DNA of 64,000 nt from Vicinamibacteria bacterium (GTDB taxonomy: Bacteria; Acidobacteriota; Vicinamibacteria; Marinacidobacterales; Marinacidobacteraceae), in NCBI GenBank assembly GCA_964291235.2, contig OZ219816.1, positions 1,056,001 through 1,120,000 of the forward strand, read 5' to 3'. Each line of letters starts with the position of its first letter. Position 1 is the stretch's first letter. The notes under the pieces were generated by a model. It saw only the letters and a program-made list of their open reading frames with translations, was not told the origin of the DNA and searched no databases. The position numbers were made by a program, and so were the translations under genes. Positions 46,943-56,705 of this stretch are shown here, piece by piece.

Positions 46943-48055
46943 TCAGAGGCGGATCCGCCGCACTACCTGGCCGTTGTTCTCCCAGGGGGTCGCCTTGTAG
47001 CGGGACGCCTCCTCTTCGGTCGGTTGCGCGCCTCCCGCGTCCCGCGCCCGAGAGACGAGGAGGTGTTCCCCCCGGTCCGGCGAAGGCCAGTTCATGCGGA
47101 AGTGCCGGAACCCGAAGCGATGGGGCGCCGGAAGGAGTTCGGCCGGCTGGAAGGGACCGCCGTCCACCCGGAGCTCGACACCGGTGATGTCGGAGGCCCC
47201 GTCGTTCCAGGCGAGCCCGTGGACGCGGAGGTCGGAACCCCGCGCCCGCTCGACGCGGGTGACGAGCGACTTGAGCCGCATCCGGCCGATGGCGCTCGCG
47301 GTGTGGAGGATCCCCGACGGGGTTTCCGCGCCGCGCACGGTCACGTAGTCCTTTGCCTGGTACCAGCCCGCGAAACGGGACGGCCAGACCTCGATTCGCT
47401 CCACCCACTTCACCTGGGAAACCCCGTAAAACCCCGGAACGATCAGCCGGAGCGGCCCGCCGTGGGGTGCTGGCAGGGGTTCGCCATTCATGGTGTCGGC
47501 GAGCAGCACCTCGGGTGAGAGCGCGTCGCCGACCGGCAGGCTGCGGGCGAAGCGGCCGGGGTAGCGGTTTCCGCGCAGGCGCTCGTCCGCCTGGTCCGCC
47601 CCGAAGAAAACAACCTCCCGGGCACTGGAGTCGACAATGCCATCGAGAAGCGGCGCGAGTCGAACCCCTCCCCAGCGGGCGGCGCCGACGAGGCCGTGCA
47701 TTCCGATCCCTCCGTTGCCGCAGCATTCGAACGCCGCCACGGATTCCGCGCGCGGGAGGGCGGCGATTTCACCGAGGCCGAGGGTGCGGGCCGGGGGGAC
47801 GCCGGGGCGGCCGATGGACAGGTTGAAACCGGCGGCCGCGACTCTCGGAACGTCGCCATGGTGGAGGACGAAGAACTCGTCGTTGGGGACGACATCCGCG
47901 GTGACGCGGGTGAGATCCGTGTAACGGGCGCGGGTGCCGGACGGCAGGGGTTCGAGATCGCTCCAGGGGAGGGCGCTGCCCTGGTTGCCGCTGACTCGAA
48001 ACGGGTACGCAGCGGCCAGGGCGGCCAACGCGGCTAGAACGCGGCGCCGATTCAC
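46943..48055 (-). CDS. Tat-exported molybdopterin-dependent oxidoreductase, sulfite oxidase family
   Basis: NRRRVL leader; FECCGN, WGGVRL, MNGEPLPAPHGGPLRLIVPGFYG..VKW; paralog of 2203-3366. Confidence 0.85.
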   Translation of the reverse strand: MNRRRVLAALAALAAAYPFRVSGNQGSALPWSDLEPLPSGTRARYTDLTRVTADVVPNDEFFVLHHGDVPRVAAAGFNLSIGRPGVPPARTLGLGEIAALPRAESVAAFECCGNGGIGMHGLVGAARWGGVRLAPLLDGIVDSSAREVVFFGADQADERLRGNRYPGRFARSLPVGDALSPEVLLADTMNGEPLPAPHGGPLRLIVPGFYGVSQVKWVERIEVWPSRFAGWYQAKDYVTVRGAETPSGILHTASAIGRMRLKSLVTRVERARGSDLRVHGLAWNDGASDITGVELRVDGGPFQPAELLPAPHRFGFRHFRMNWPSPDRGEHLLVSRARDAGGAQPTEEEASRYKATPWENNGQVVRRIRL

Positions 48056-48127
48056 CGCACCGGCTCTTCCGGCGGCCACCGGTCCCCTGAGGGACCGGCG
48101 GCCAACTCTCTCAAGGAATGACTACGC

Positions 48128-50943
48128 TCAGAAGTGGATGCGAATCGCGAAGCGCGCGATCCGGGGCGAGAGGTAGTTGGAGATCCGACCGTAGTTTGGG
48201 CCGCTCGAGGTGTTGATTGCGGTCAGCGTGTTCTGGTTCGTGATGTTGAAGAGGTTGAGCTCCGGAGAAACGCGGAAACGGCCGGCCTGGAAGTCGCGGA
48301 AGAGCGCGATGTCGAAAGTCGTCACGTTGTCGAGCCGTTCGGTTCCGACCGGTACCGCCAGGATGGAGGCGCCGCCCTGGTTGAGGCCGCCCACGAAGAT
48401 GGTCCGGCCGACCGGAGCGCCGGTCTGGTAGCGCATCACGCCCGAGGTCCGGAAACCGAAGGGTGCGTGCCAGGTCCCGATGGCCTTGAACTGGTGGGTG
48501 CGGTCGTAGAAGGACTTGCCCTGGGCGTTCACCTGCGAGTTCGGGTTCCCGAAGATGCCGGGGTTGGTGTTTTCCCACTGCCCGCCGCGGGTCCAGGTGT
48601 CGGTGTCGTTCCAGGTGTAGGACACGAGCGCCTGCCAGTTGTTCGAGAACCGCTTCTGGGCGATCAGTTCCACCCCCTTGTAGTCGGTCTCGAACTTGTC
48701 CACGGTGGCGATCTGCAGTTGGCTCTGGCCCACGAGATGCTCGGGAAGGTTGTACACGGTGAGCATCCCGCCGTCGTCGCCTGTTCCGGCCATGTTGTCC
48801 GGCCCCGGATCCTGCACCTGCATCGCCTCGTAGGCGGAGTCGGGCGCCAAGAGGTTGATCGTATCCGACTTGTCGTCGCTGGTGCGCCGACTGAAGGTGG
48901 CCGACAGCCAGATGTCTCCCGCGAACTCGCGTTCGAGGCTTATGGTGAATTCGTCGGTGTATTCGTGCTTCAGGTCGGGGGAGATCGTGTTCACCGCTGC
49001 TTCGGCGCCGAACGCGTTGGCGAGCAGAGTGCCCTGTTCGCCGTCCTGGAACTGCCGATCCCCGTTCAGGTCGCTCCATGTCCACCGGTTCGTAAGGCCG
49101 CCGTTCTGGTTCACGAAGTTGGCGAACCCGGTCGAGAACTGGTGGTAGTAGCGCCCCCAGCTCGCCTTCAGGGCGCTTTGGCCGCCTTCTTCGAGCCCGA
49201 CCACGATGCCGACGCGGGGCGCGAAGCTCGCGAGGTCGAGGAGGCCGGTGCGTTCCGCGAAGTCGCGGGGACAGCCGTTCGCGGCGGTGCACCAGCGTCC
49301 GTCCGGACTGTTCTGCTCCGGCAGCCAGCCGTGATAGCGGTCCCAGCGGAGTCCGAGCTTCAGGGTGAAGCGGCCGCTGGTGATGATGTCGTCAATGTAG
49401 GCGGAGGTCTGGTCGAGGGTCTGCCCGTCGTGGCGGGGGGTGTTTCGAAGCCAGACCTGATCCGCCACGTTGTTGTTGAAGCGGAGGAACACGTCGTCGA
49501 TCGCGGTGGTCTCGTTGCGGATCGGGTTGTGCGAGTACTCGACCCCAACGTTGAACTCGTGGTCGGCGCCGGCGATGTCTTCCGCGAAGTAGGTCAGGTC
49601 GCTCTTGTAGGAGAAGCGCTTCCGCTTGCGCTCCACGTTGTAGTCGCGCGCGTTCAGGAAGACGCGAGGCCCACGTCCTGGCCCGCCTGCAGTCCGGCCG
49701 CCTGGGCTTCTTCGGAGTGATAGGTCGGGAAAAAGACGTTCAGATGGGAGAAGCGGGTCTCGAGCAGGGCGCTCTCGCTCAGCGTGGAAGTCCAGGTCGC
49801 CTGGACGATCCGGAAGGTGTCGTCCTCGATCCAGGTCGCTTCCGGAGGACGAGACTGGTCGAGTCCGCGCCGCGGCTTCCAGTAGGTCATCTCGTGCCAT
49901 TCGAGGCTCATCTTGTTGCTCTGGTTGAGGTCGGTGTCGCTCTTGAGGACGAACTGGCGCATGTCGGTGTCTTCGGTAACGTCGGTGACGCCGGAGACGT
50001 ACCGGTGGACCTTCTCATCGCGGAACGAAAAGTAGAAGGTGGAGCGGTCACGGATCACCGGCCCCCCGATCTGGCCGTTGAAGTCGCTCAGGTAGTCGAA
50101 CTCCGAAGCGGTGCCGCCGCGCGACTCCAGCTCGCTGCTGAAGTTGTCGAACTGGGTGGCGTCGTTTTGGTAGAAGGCGCCCACAGAGCCGGTGAATTCG
50201 TTGCTGCCGGTCTTGGTCACCATGTTCAGGTACACACCGGGAGCGTTCACCGAGGCCGGGTGGGAGCCGACTTCGACCTGGACTTCTTCGAAGCTGTCGT
50301 AGTCGTAGTAGTAGCCGCTGGCGCCGAGGGCCGCGGGGCAGGTCACGTTCACCCCGTTCAGGTAGTAGCTGTTCTGGCCCCAGGAGGTTCCGCGGCCCGA
50401 GAACACGGCCTGCAGGCCGGTCTCGCTGCCGCCCACGTCGAGGCGGTTGGTGGTGACTCCGGGCGCCTGGTGCTCGAGCAGCGACCAGACGTCGCGGGCA
50501 CTCGGCACCTCTTCGAGCAGGCTCTGGTCGAAGGTGGCGCCGATGACCGTGCTCTTGGTGTCGAGCAGCGGCGCCTCACCGACCACCGTCACTGTCTCTT
50601 CGAGCTGGGACAGGTCGAGGGTCACGTCCAGCCCGGTGGTGCGGCCGATGTCCACCCGGACTTCCTCATAGATTCGTGTCTGGAAGCCGCCGAGCTCGAA
50701 GCGCACCGTGTAAATGCCGGGCGAAATCGCGAAGAAGCGGTAGCTGCCGGTGCCGGAGCTGACGGCGACCTCGCTGCCGCCTTCTCCGCTCAGGGTGACG
50801 GATACCCCGGGAAGCACCTGCCCGGTACCGTCGACGACACTTCCCTCGACGGTCCCGGACTGGGTCTGTCCGGTTGCAAACGCCGCGCTAAGCGCGATGG
50901 CGAGAAAGGCGAAGAGGGAACTTCGCAAGTACGACTTCCTCAT
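48128..50943 (-). pseudogene. TonB-dependent receptor (carboxypeptidase-regulatory-like N-domain), split by a -1 frameshift near 49665
   Basis: N-part: signal, GTVEGSVVD..LPGVSVT, plug region NMVTKTGSNEF; C-part: LGLRWD, APRVG...PRIARFAIRIHF with C-terminal Phe. One base is missing at ctc-gc-gtc. Confidence 0.8.
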
Positions 50944-51375
50944 GGGATCCTCCTGGAATCAGACTGGGCCGAGTGGTGATGGAGTAGAAGAGCGGACCCA
51001 TCGGGCCCGCCCGTTCGGACAACGAGAATGTGGTTCGGGGATGTGGTGCGGGGGTGTCGTCCCGGGCAGGGCACCGCGCTCGCCATGAGCGCTCCGGGCC
51101 GATTTGTCAGGCGGCTTGCCAGCCGAGTGGGCGCCGGTTGTCCAATCCGATGGATTCAGGGAACGGGAGACGAAGCCACGGGTGGGAGGTTCCGACGCGA
51201 CAAGAGACGCAGAACCCCCCGAATCTGAACGCATGGTGGCTCCATTTCCTCCATCGGCCTTCCAAACCGGGAAACTCTTATACCACATGCTCCGCCCAGA
51301 CGGAGGCAAGACTGGTACCGCGGTCGGCGGGGCCGGTCGGCGGCCCGGAAAATCCGTCTGCCCGAAAACTGGGCG

Positions 51376-51585
51376 GGAGCGCCAGCCTCCGGCTGGCATC
51401 GCCGAGCACAGCGAGGCGAAACTCCCGACTTGGTCAGCCCCGACGGTACCAACCCAAGCGGGGACAGCGCATCGCCGTACGGGAGCGCCGCGCCACCCTG
51501 CTGGGCTGCGGCGCCATCCGGGAGGGTTGACGACGGGAGTTTCGCTCCGCTCCGCGGAGCGATGCCGGCCAGAGGCCGGCGCTCC
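51376..51585. repeat. Inverted pair of REP-like palindromes
   Basis: ggagcgccagcctccggctggc (51376-51397) and gccggccagaggccggcgctcc (51564-51585, reverse orientation). Confidence 0.65.
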
Positions 51586-51663
51586 TGGCCGGCGCTCCTC
51601 TGGCTACCCGGATCCGAAGGCCTGGTGAGTTTTCCACCACGGAAACGAACAATGGCAGCGAAC

Positions 51664-51818
51664 TTTGTTCGCTGCCTGCGAGTTCGGGGGAAAGTGTGAA
51701 AGGGGGTTCACCCCCTGTCACAAGACGGTAACGACGAATCGCAACTCGCCGCCGCGCGCCAACGGCGCGCAAGGGAGTTGTGGTTCGCGGCGCGCCAGTT
51801 CTCCCGGTGGGGGGGCGC
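51664..51818. repeat. Dispersed structured element, copy 1
   Basis: Shares ttgttcgc, a GGGG-x-CCCC hairpin, cgaatcgcaa and cgccagttctcccggtgggggggcg with 60156-60266. Confidence 0.65.
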
Positions 51819-51914
51819 CGGGCGGTAAGGAAGCGGGGCTCTGCTGTTTGATGGCCAGCTGGTTCCCGTTCCTCTTGCGTTGGAGTCGCCCCGCTTCCTT
51901 ACCGTTCGACGCAC

Positions 51915-53090
51915 TCAAGGCGATCGCGTCCGGGCGCAGGAGAAAAGCGCCTGCTGCGCCGTTGTCCAGTCTCCTGAACCATCGGCGTGCTGGATCAGCA
52001 TCCGGCCCTCGCGATACATCCCGAGGTTCAGAGTGAACTCCTTGGCGTTCGATTGGCGGCCGGTGTGGTCCCAGGCGGCGGGAATTGTGGGGTCGCTGAA
52101 GCGGTAGGCCCCGGTCCGGCCGTAGGCGATCTCGTTGGACCAGACATCCATTCCGGGAATGCGCCCGGCGAGCGAGCCTCCCTCCAGCGGCAGCGTGGTC
52201 TCCATCTCGAGGATTCCGGGAATGAGCGCCCGGCGAAGGACCTCTCCGGGGCTGCGCAGCTCGGTGATCGAGAGCGGCACCTGGCGGATCGCGCGGTAGC
52301 GCTGCGGAGCGCCGGGCGCCAGGCTTCGGAAGATTCCGAGGATGGCCCGGCGCCGCGACTCGGTGAGTTCTTCGTCGAAGTAGAGGGCGACCCACGTTTC
52401 CGGGCCCAGCGTCACGAATCGGGCGCCCGCCAGGTCGAGGCCGCCATAGTGCCCCGCGTTGATGTGGGTGGCGGTGGTGGCATGGCAGGGAGGGTGAGAC
52501 GGCGGCCCGTTCGAACGGCAGGGGCAGGGGGTGTTGCAGGGGCAGGCGGTGAACGCGTGGCCCGATATCTCCCAATCGGGAAACCCGGTGTTCCGAACGG
52601 CGCGCGGCCCCGCCTCGACCGGAAGACGCATGCCGTTACCGCCGCTCGGGCGAAGCACGAAGCGGATCGTGTCCGCGAACCGGACGGCGGTGGGTTCGCC
52701 GTCCACCAGCGTCGGTTCGTAGGTCCAGCGTCGGGCCGCGGCGGCCGCGGCGGCGCCGAGATCTGCCGGCCCCCGGAGGGAGCGGGCGTCCGCCACCGTC
52801 CCGTCGCGCGCGATGGTCAGTTCCAGAATGACGAGCGCCTCTTCGCCCCGTTCCCGGGCCGACTCCGGGTAGGCGGGCGGTTCGAAGCGGATCCTCTCCG
52901 GACGGCGGACATCCCCGCCCACCGGCACGACCTCCCCCTCCGGGAGAGCCGCGGGCGGGATGCTCCCGGAGTCCGGCGCCGCGGTCGCCTCCGGTGTCTG
53001 CTCCTCGGGGCGCTCGCCGCAGCCGCCGCCCAGCAAAACCAGGAGGGCGGCATAATGCGGGAGGCGGCGTAGCCGATGGAACCAGGACAT
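51915..53090 (-). CDS. TonB C-terminal domain fused to a DUF1326-like Cys-rich domain (probable lipoprotein)
   Basis: LGGGC lipobox-like; PPAYPESARERGEEALVILELTIARDGTV...WTYEPTLVDGEP (TonB_C); WEISG..FTACPCNTPCPC...C...INAGHYGGLDLAG (DUF1326-like). Confidence 0.72.
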   Translation of the reverse strand: MSWFHRLRRLPHYAALLVLLGGGCGERPEEQTPEATAAPDSGSIPPAALPEGEVVPVGGDVRRPERIRFEPPAYPESARERGEEALVILELTIARDGTVADARSLRGPADLGAAAAAAARRWTYEPTLVDGEPTAVRFADTIRFVLRPSGGNGMRLPVEAGPRAVRNTGFPDWEISGHAFTACPCNTPCPCRSNGPPSHPPCHATTATHINAGHYGGLDLAGARFVTLGPETWVALYFDEELTESRRRAILGIFRSLAPGAPQRYRAIRQVPLSITELRSPGEVLRRALIPGILEMETTLPLEGGSLAGRIPGMDVWSNEIAYGRTGAYRFSDPTIPAAWDHTGRQSNAKEFTLNLGMYREGRMLIQHADGSGDWTTAQQALFSCARTRSP

Positions 53091-53113
53091 CCGGTTGCCG
53101 CCGATTCTGACTC

Positions 53114-54244
53114 ATGTGCCGAAACGTCCGTCGAACTCTGTCTTTCGCGCTCTGCGGATGGGTGTTCGCCGCGCCGGTTGCCGGCCTCCAGGAGGCGCCG
53201 CCCGAGCCCGAGATCGTGGAGGCGGCGGCCCTCATCCAGGCCGGAAACAAGGATGAAGCGGAGCGGCTGCTGAACGAGTTCCTGGTGGGGCGGCCCTGGG
53301 ACGTCGGGGCGTTTCACCAGGTCGGCGCCATGTGGCTCGTCGCCGGGGAACCCGAACTCGCGGTCCCAGCGCTCGAGGGAGCGGTGGCGCGCGCGCCGAG
53401 CTTCGTGGACAGCCGGTTGGCGCTTGGACAGGCCTACGGACAACTCGGCAACGTGGAAGATGCCCTGATCCAGTTGGAAGCAGTCTCCCGAACGGCCCCT
53501 GAACGTTCGGAAGCACCCTACCTTGCCGCCGCGGTGCTCGACCAGGCGGGACGGCTCTCGGAGGCGGTTGACCAAGCTGCCCGGGCCGTGGAGCTCGCGC
53601 CGCGGGATGCCGGGATGCGGCGATTCCTGGGCCGGCTTCTGCTGCGCATCGAGCACTGGCCCGAGGCCCAGGCCGAACTCGAACGCGCGCTCGAACTCGG
53701 GTACCGCGAGGATCCCGCGATCTTCTTCGACCTCGGGGGGGCGCTCGTTGGCCAGGAGCGCCTGGAGGAGGCGCGGGGCGCCTATGAGCGGCACCTGGAG
53801 CTTGCGCCTGACGACGCCGAGACGCTCCTGCAGATCGGATATCTCGATTGGCGCCGCGAGGACTACGCGGCTTCGGAAGCTCGCCTCGAGCGAGCTATCG
53901 CGCTTGATCCCGGCCTCCGCCGGGCCCACCATTTTCTCGGCCTGACGGCGTTCCGCCGACAGGAATTCGACCGCGCGGAGGCGGCTTTCCGCCGCGCTCT
54001 CGAAGGGGAGGAGGATTTTCCGGAGGCTTGGTTCAACCTCGGGAAAATCGCGCTCCAGCGGGGGGCTACGGAGGAAGCGGCGCGCCTGTTGGAGACGGCG
54101 ATCCAGTATTCCCCGGACTATGCGGACGCGTACTACCAGCTCTCCTTCGCCCGGCGCCGGCTCGGCGATCCGGATGGAGCGGCGGCCGCGCTCGAGCGGT
54201 TCGAGGCACTCAAGGCCGAAGAAGCCGGCAAACCGGAGCCCTGA
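53114..54244 (+). CDS. Exported TPR-repeat protein
   Basis: Signal peptide; many TPR-like repeats (AWFNLG, AYYQL). Confidence 0.8.
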   Translation: MCRNVRRTLSFALCGWVFAAPVAGLQEAPPEPEIVEAAALIQAGNKDEAERLLNEFLVGRPWDVGAFHQVGAMWLVAGEPELAVPALEGAVARAPSFVDSRLALGQAYGQLGNVEDALIQLEAVSRTAPERSEAPYLAAAVLDQAGRLSEAVDQAARAVELAPRDAGMRRFLGRLLLRIEHWPEAQAELERALELGYREDPAIFFDLGGALVGQERLEEARGAYERHLELAPDDAETLLQIGYLDWRREDYAASEARLERAIALDPGLRRAHHFLGLTAFRRQEFDRAEAAFRRALEGEEDFPEAWFNLGKIALQRGATEEAARLLETAIQYSPDYADAYYQLSFARRRLGDPDGAAAALERFEALKAEEAGKPEP

Positions 54245-54265
54245 CAAACGAGGTCCAAATCTCAG

Positions 54266-54646
54266 TTGGTGTTGCATCTGTTTCGGAGGCCTGAGCCGGA
54301 CTCCCACCAAGCCCGGATGGCGGCGGAGCGGGAGCGGGTCCGGCAATCCATGCGGGAGCAGAGGGTGCCGGGTCTGTCCCGGGAGGAGCCCTGGTGGAAG
54401 GAACGGCTGGGGAGCGGGACGAAACTGGAATGGATGCTGGTTGGCGCGTTCGGTTTGGGGTTCGTCCTGTTTACCTACCAACGGGACGGGCTCGGTAAAG
54501 CCCTGTTGTTCGGCGCCGCCCTGGTCTCCAGCACGCTGATCAGCGGTTGGTGGAAAAAACGCGAGGAAGCCAAAGCCAAGGAGGAACGAAAGCCTCTCCT
54601 GGAACGCGCCGATGCGGAGCGCGACGAGCACGACAACCGGAGCTGA
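54266..54646 (+). CDS. Hypothetical two-TM membrane protein
   Basis: Fills the gap between co-oriented genes; two hydrophobic segments with charged termini; start uncertain. Confidence 0.55.
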   Translation: MVLHLFRRPEPDSHQARMAAERERVRQSMREQRVPGLSREEPWWKERLGSGTKLEWMLVGAFGLGFVLFTYQRDGLGKALLFGAALVSSTLISGWWKKREEAKAKEERKPLLERADAERDEHDNRS

Positions 54647-54721
54647 TCCCGCGCCTTGCCGCTGGCGGTTCGCCGGGTCCGGCGCGGACGCGTACCATGG
54701 GCTCGCCGTGGTAGGAGCTTC

Positions 54722-55726
54722 ATGATGCGTTCGAGACGAATCCTCACTGGCGCGCTCTGGCTGATCGCGTTCTCCGCCCCGCCGGGTTTCGCCCAGTCCA
54801 GCCATCCGCCGGTAGCGACGTTTTCCATCGTCGCCTATGACCCGGGCACCGGCGAGATGGGAGTCGCGGTGCAGTCCAAGTACTTCTCGGTAGGGCATGT
54901 GGTGCCGTGGGGCGAGGCTGGAGTCGGGGTGGTGGCGACCCAGGCGAACGTGAACGCCGGCTACGGTCTCCAGGGGCTCGACCTCCTGCGGCAGGGGCTC
55001 CGGGCGGAGGAAGTCAAGGACCGCTTGCTCGCGGAGGACACCTTTCCCGGAGTGGAAGGCCGGCAGTTCGCCGTCGTGGACGCGAACGGCGGCATTGCGG
55101 TCCATACCGGGCCCACCGCGAATTTCTGGGCGGGCCACCGGGTGGGGGAGAACTACTCGGCGCAGGGGAACATCCTGACCGGACCGGAAGTCGTGGAGGC
55201 GATGGGGGACGCTTTCGAAGCGGCGGAGGGCACGCTCGCCGAGAAAATGCAGGCGGCGATGGTCGCCGGGCAGGAGGCTGGAGGTGACAGCCGCGGCCGC
55301 CAGTCATCGGCGATGCTGGTGGTCGGCAAAGGCATGGGCCGGAACATCAACAACGACGTGGTGGCGAGGCTCCAGGTCGAGGATCATCCCCGGCCGATCG
55401 AGGAGCTGGGACGGGTGCTAAACATCAACCTGGCGATCACCGCGATGTCCCGCAGCCGGGAACGGAACGAGGCCGGTGACGGCGCCGCCGCGTTGGCCGC
55501 CGCCGAGAAAGCGACGGAGCTCTGGCCGGAGGCGTCGGATACCTGGCTGAACCTCGGCCTGCTGAGCTACTCGCTTGGCAACCGCGACCGGGCACTCGAT
55601 GTCCTCAAGAGAGCGGCGGGGATGAACGAACTTTTCCGGGGCCAACTGGAATCCACCATCGGCTGGACCCGGCATCCCGGGCTCGACGACGAGTTCCTGG
55701 CGGCGCTCTTCCCGGGGGGATCCTGA
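54722..55726 (+). CDS. DUF1028-family Ntn-hydrolase-like protein with C-terminal TPR
   Basis: ATFSIVAYDP.TGEMGVAVQS, GVVATQA, QGNIL, AGGDSRGRQSS, VEDHPRP. Confidence 0.85.
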   Translation: MMRSRRILTGALWLIAFSAPPGFAQSSHPPVATFSIVAYDPGTGEMGVAVQSKYFSVGHVVPWGEAGVGVVATQANVNAGYGLQGLDLLRQGLRAEEVKDRLLAEDTFPGVEGRQFAVVDANGGIAVHTGPTANFWAGHRVGENYSAQGNILTGPEVVEAMGDAFEAAEGTLAEKMQAAMVAGQEAGGDSRGRQSSAMLVVGKGMGRNINNDVVARLQVEDHPRPIEELGRVLNINLAITAMSRSRERNEAGDGAAALAAAEKATELWPEASDTWLNLGLLSYSLGNRDRALDVLKRAAGMNELFRGQLESTIGWTRHPGLDDEFLAALFPGGS

Positions 55727-55769
55727 GAGGTCTGTCTGCGGCTGGCAGGGGCGCCGCGCAGTTCGTAGC

Positions 55770-56705
55770 GTGACCGGTTCCTGGGCCGCGGCACTGGCCG
55801 TCGCGGCGGCGCTGGGTGCTCAGGCCGCCCAGCCTCCCGACGAACTTCTGCGGACGGGCCAGCGATGGCTCGACGCGGGGAACGCGGCCGCGGCGGTGGA
55901 GAGTTTCCGGCGGCTCGTGGAGGCGGCGCCTGATTCCCGCTCCCACTACTACCTGGGAGTGGCGCTGTTACAGGACGGACAGCCCGAAGAGGCGTTGGCC
56001 GCGCTGCGGCGCGCCGAGAATCTCGCCAGCACGCCCAACCTGGCGCTGGCCTTGTCGCTCGGCACGGCGCTGCTCCGGAACGGGGACTCCGAGGGAGCCC
56101 TGTCGGTGCTTGAGCGTGCCGCCGAACGGCACCCGCGCGCCGTTCCCATCCTGCTGCAGCTCGGATACACCCACTACGCGCGGCTCGAGGGAGAGGCCGC
56201 CCGAGCGGTGCTTCTGAGGGCCCGGGAAGCCGCGCCGGCCAACCCGTTGGCCCACTTCTACCTCGGCCTGGCCGAGGCGGCGCTCGGCGCTCTGGAGCCG
56301 GCGGCGGTTTCGTTCCGCGAGGCGATCCGTCTCGACCCGGGCAATCCGGAAGCGCCGGTGGCGCTTGGCCGCAGCCTGTCCCAGTTGGGCCGGACCGAAG
56401 AAGCGCGCGAGGCGTACCGGGCGGGGTTGGCACGCGCCCCCGGTTCGCCCGCGGCACTCGTCGGGCTCGGCAGGTTGCATCTCCAGGGCGGAGAAGCGGC
56501 GGAGGCGGCGGCCCTGTTCCACGCCGCTCTCGAGAGCGCCCCCGGCCACCGGCAGGCGCTCTACAACCTCGCGGCTTCGCTTTCCCTCCTCGGCCGCGCC
56601 GAGGAAGCGGCCGAGATCCGGCGCCGATTTGCCGAAGCCGCGGCCTCCGGGGAGGATCCGGCGCGTTCGCTCTCCCGGACCCGCTCGAAGACCCGGCCGC
56701 GCTGA
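55770..56705 (+). CDS. Exported TPR-repeat protein
   Basis: Signal peptide; TPR-like repeats; stop overlaps the next ATG. Confidence 0.8.
   Translation: MTGSWAAALAVAAALGAQAAQPPDELLRTGQRWLDAGNAAAAVESFRRLVEAAPDSRSHYYLGVALLQDGQPEEALAALRRAENLASTPNLALALSLGTALLRNGDSEGALSVLERAAERHPRAVPILLQLGYTHYARLEGEAARAVLLRAREAAPANPLAHFYLGLAEAALGALEPAAVSFREAIRLDPGNPEAPVALGRSLSQLGRTEEAREAYRAGLARAPGSPAALVGLGRLHLQGGEAAEAAALFHAALESAPGHRQALYNLAASLSLLGRAEEAAEIRRRFAEAAASGEDPARSLSRTRSKTRPR

Noticed and set aside
37572-50943. Programmed frameshifting or Sec recoding in the aldolase and TBDR genes
   Set aside because: The breaks are frame changes without a slippery heptamer or an in-frame TGA at a Cys position.
50959-51900. 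Protein-coding ORFs in the ~1-kb intergenic region
   Set aside because: Low-complexity translations overlapping palindromic repeats; no recognisable domain.
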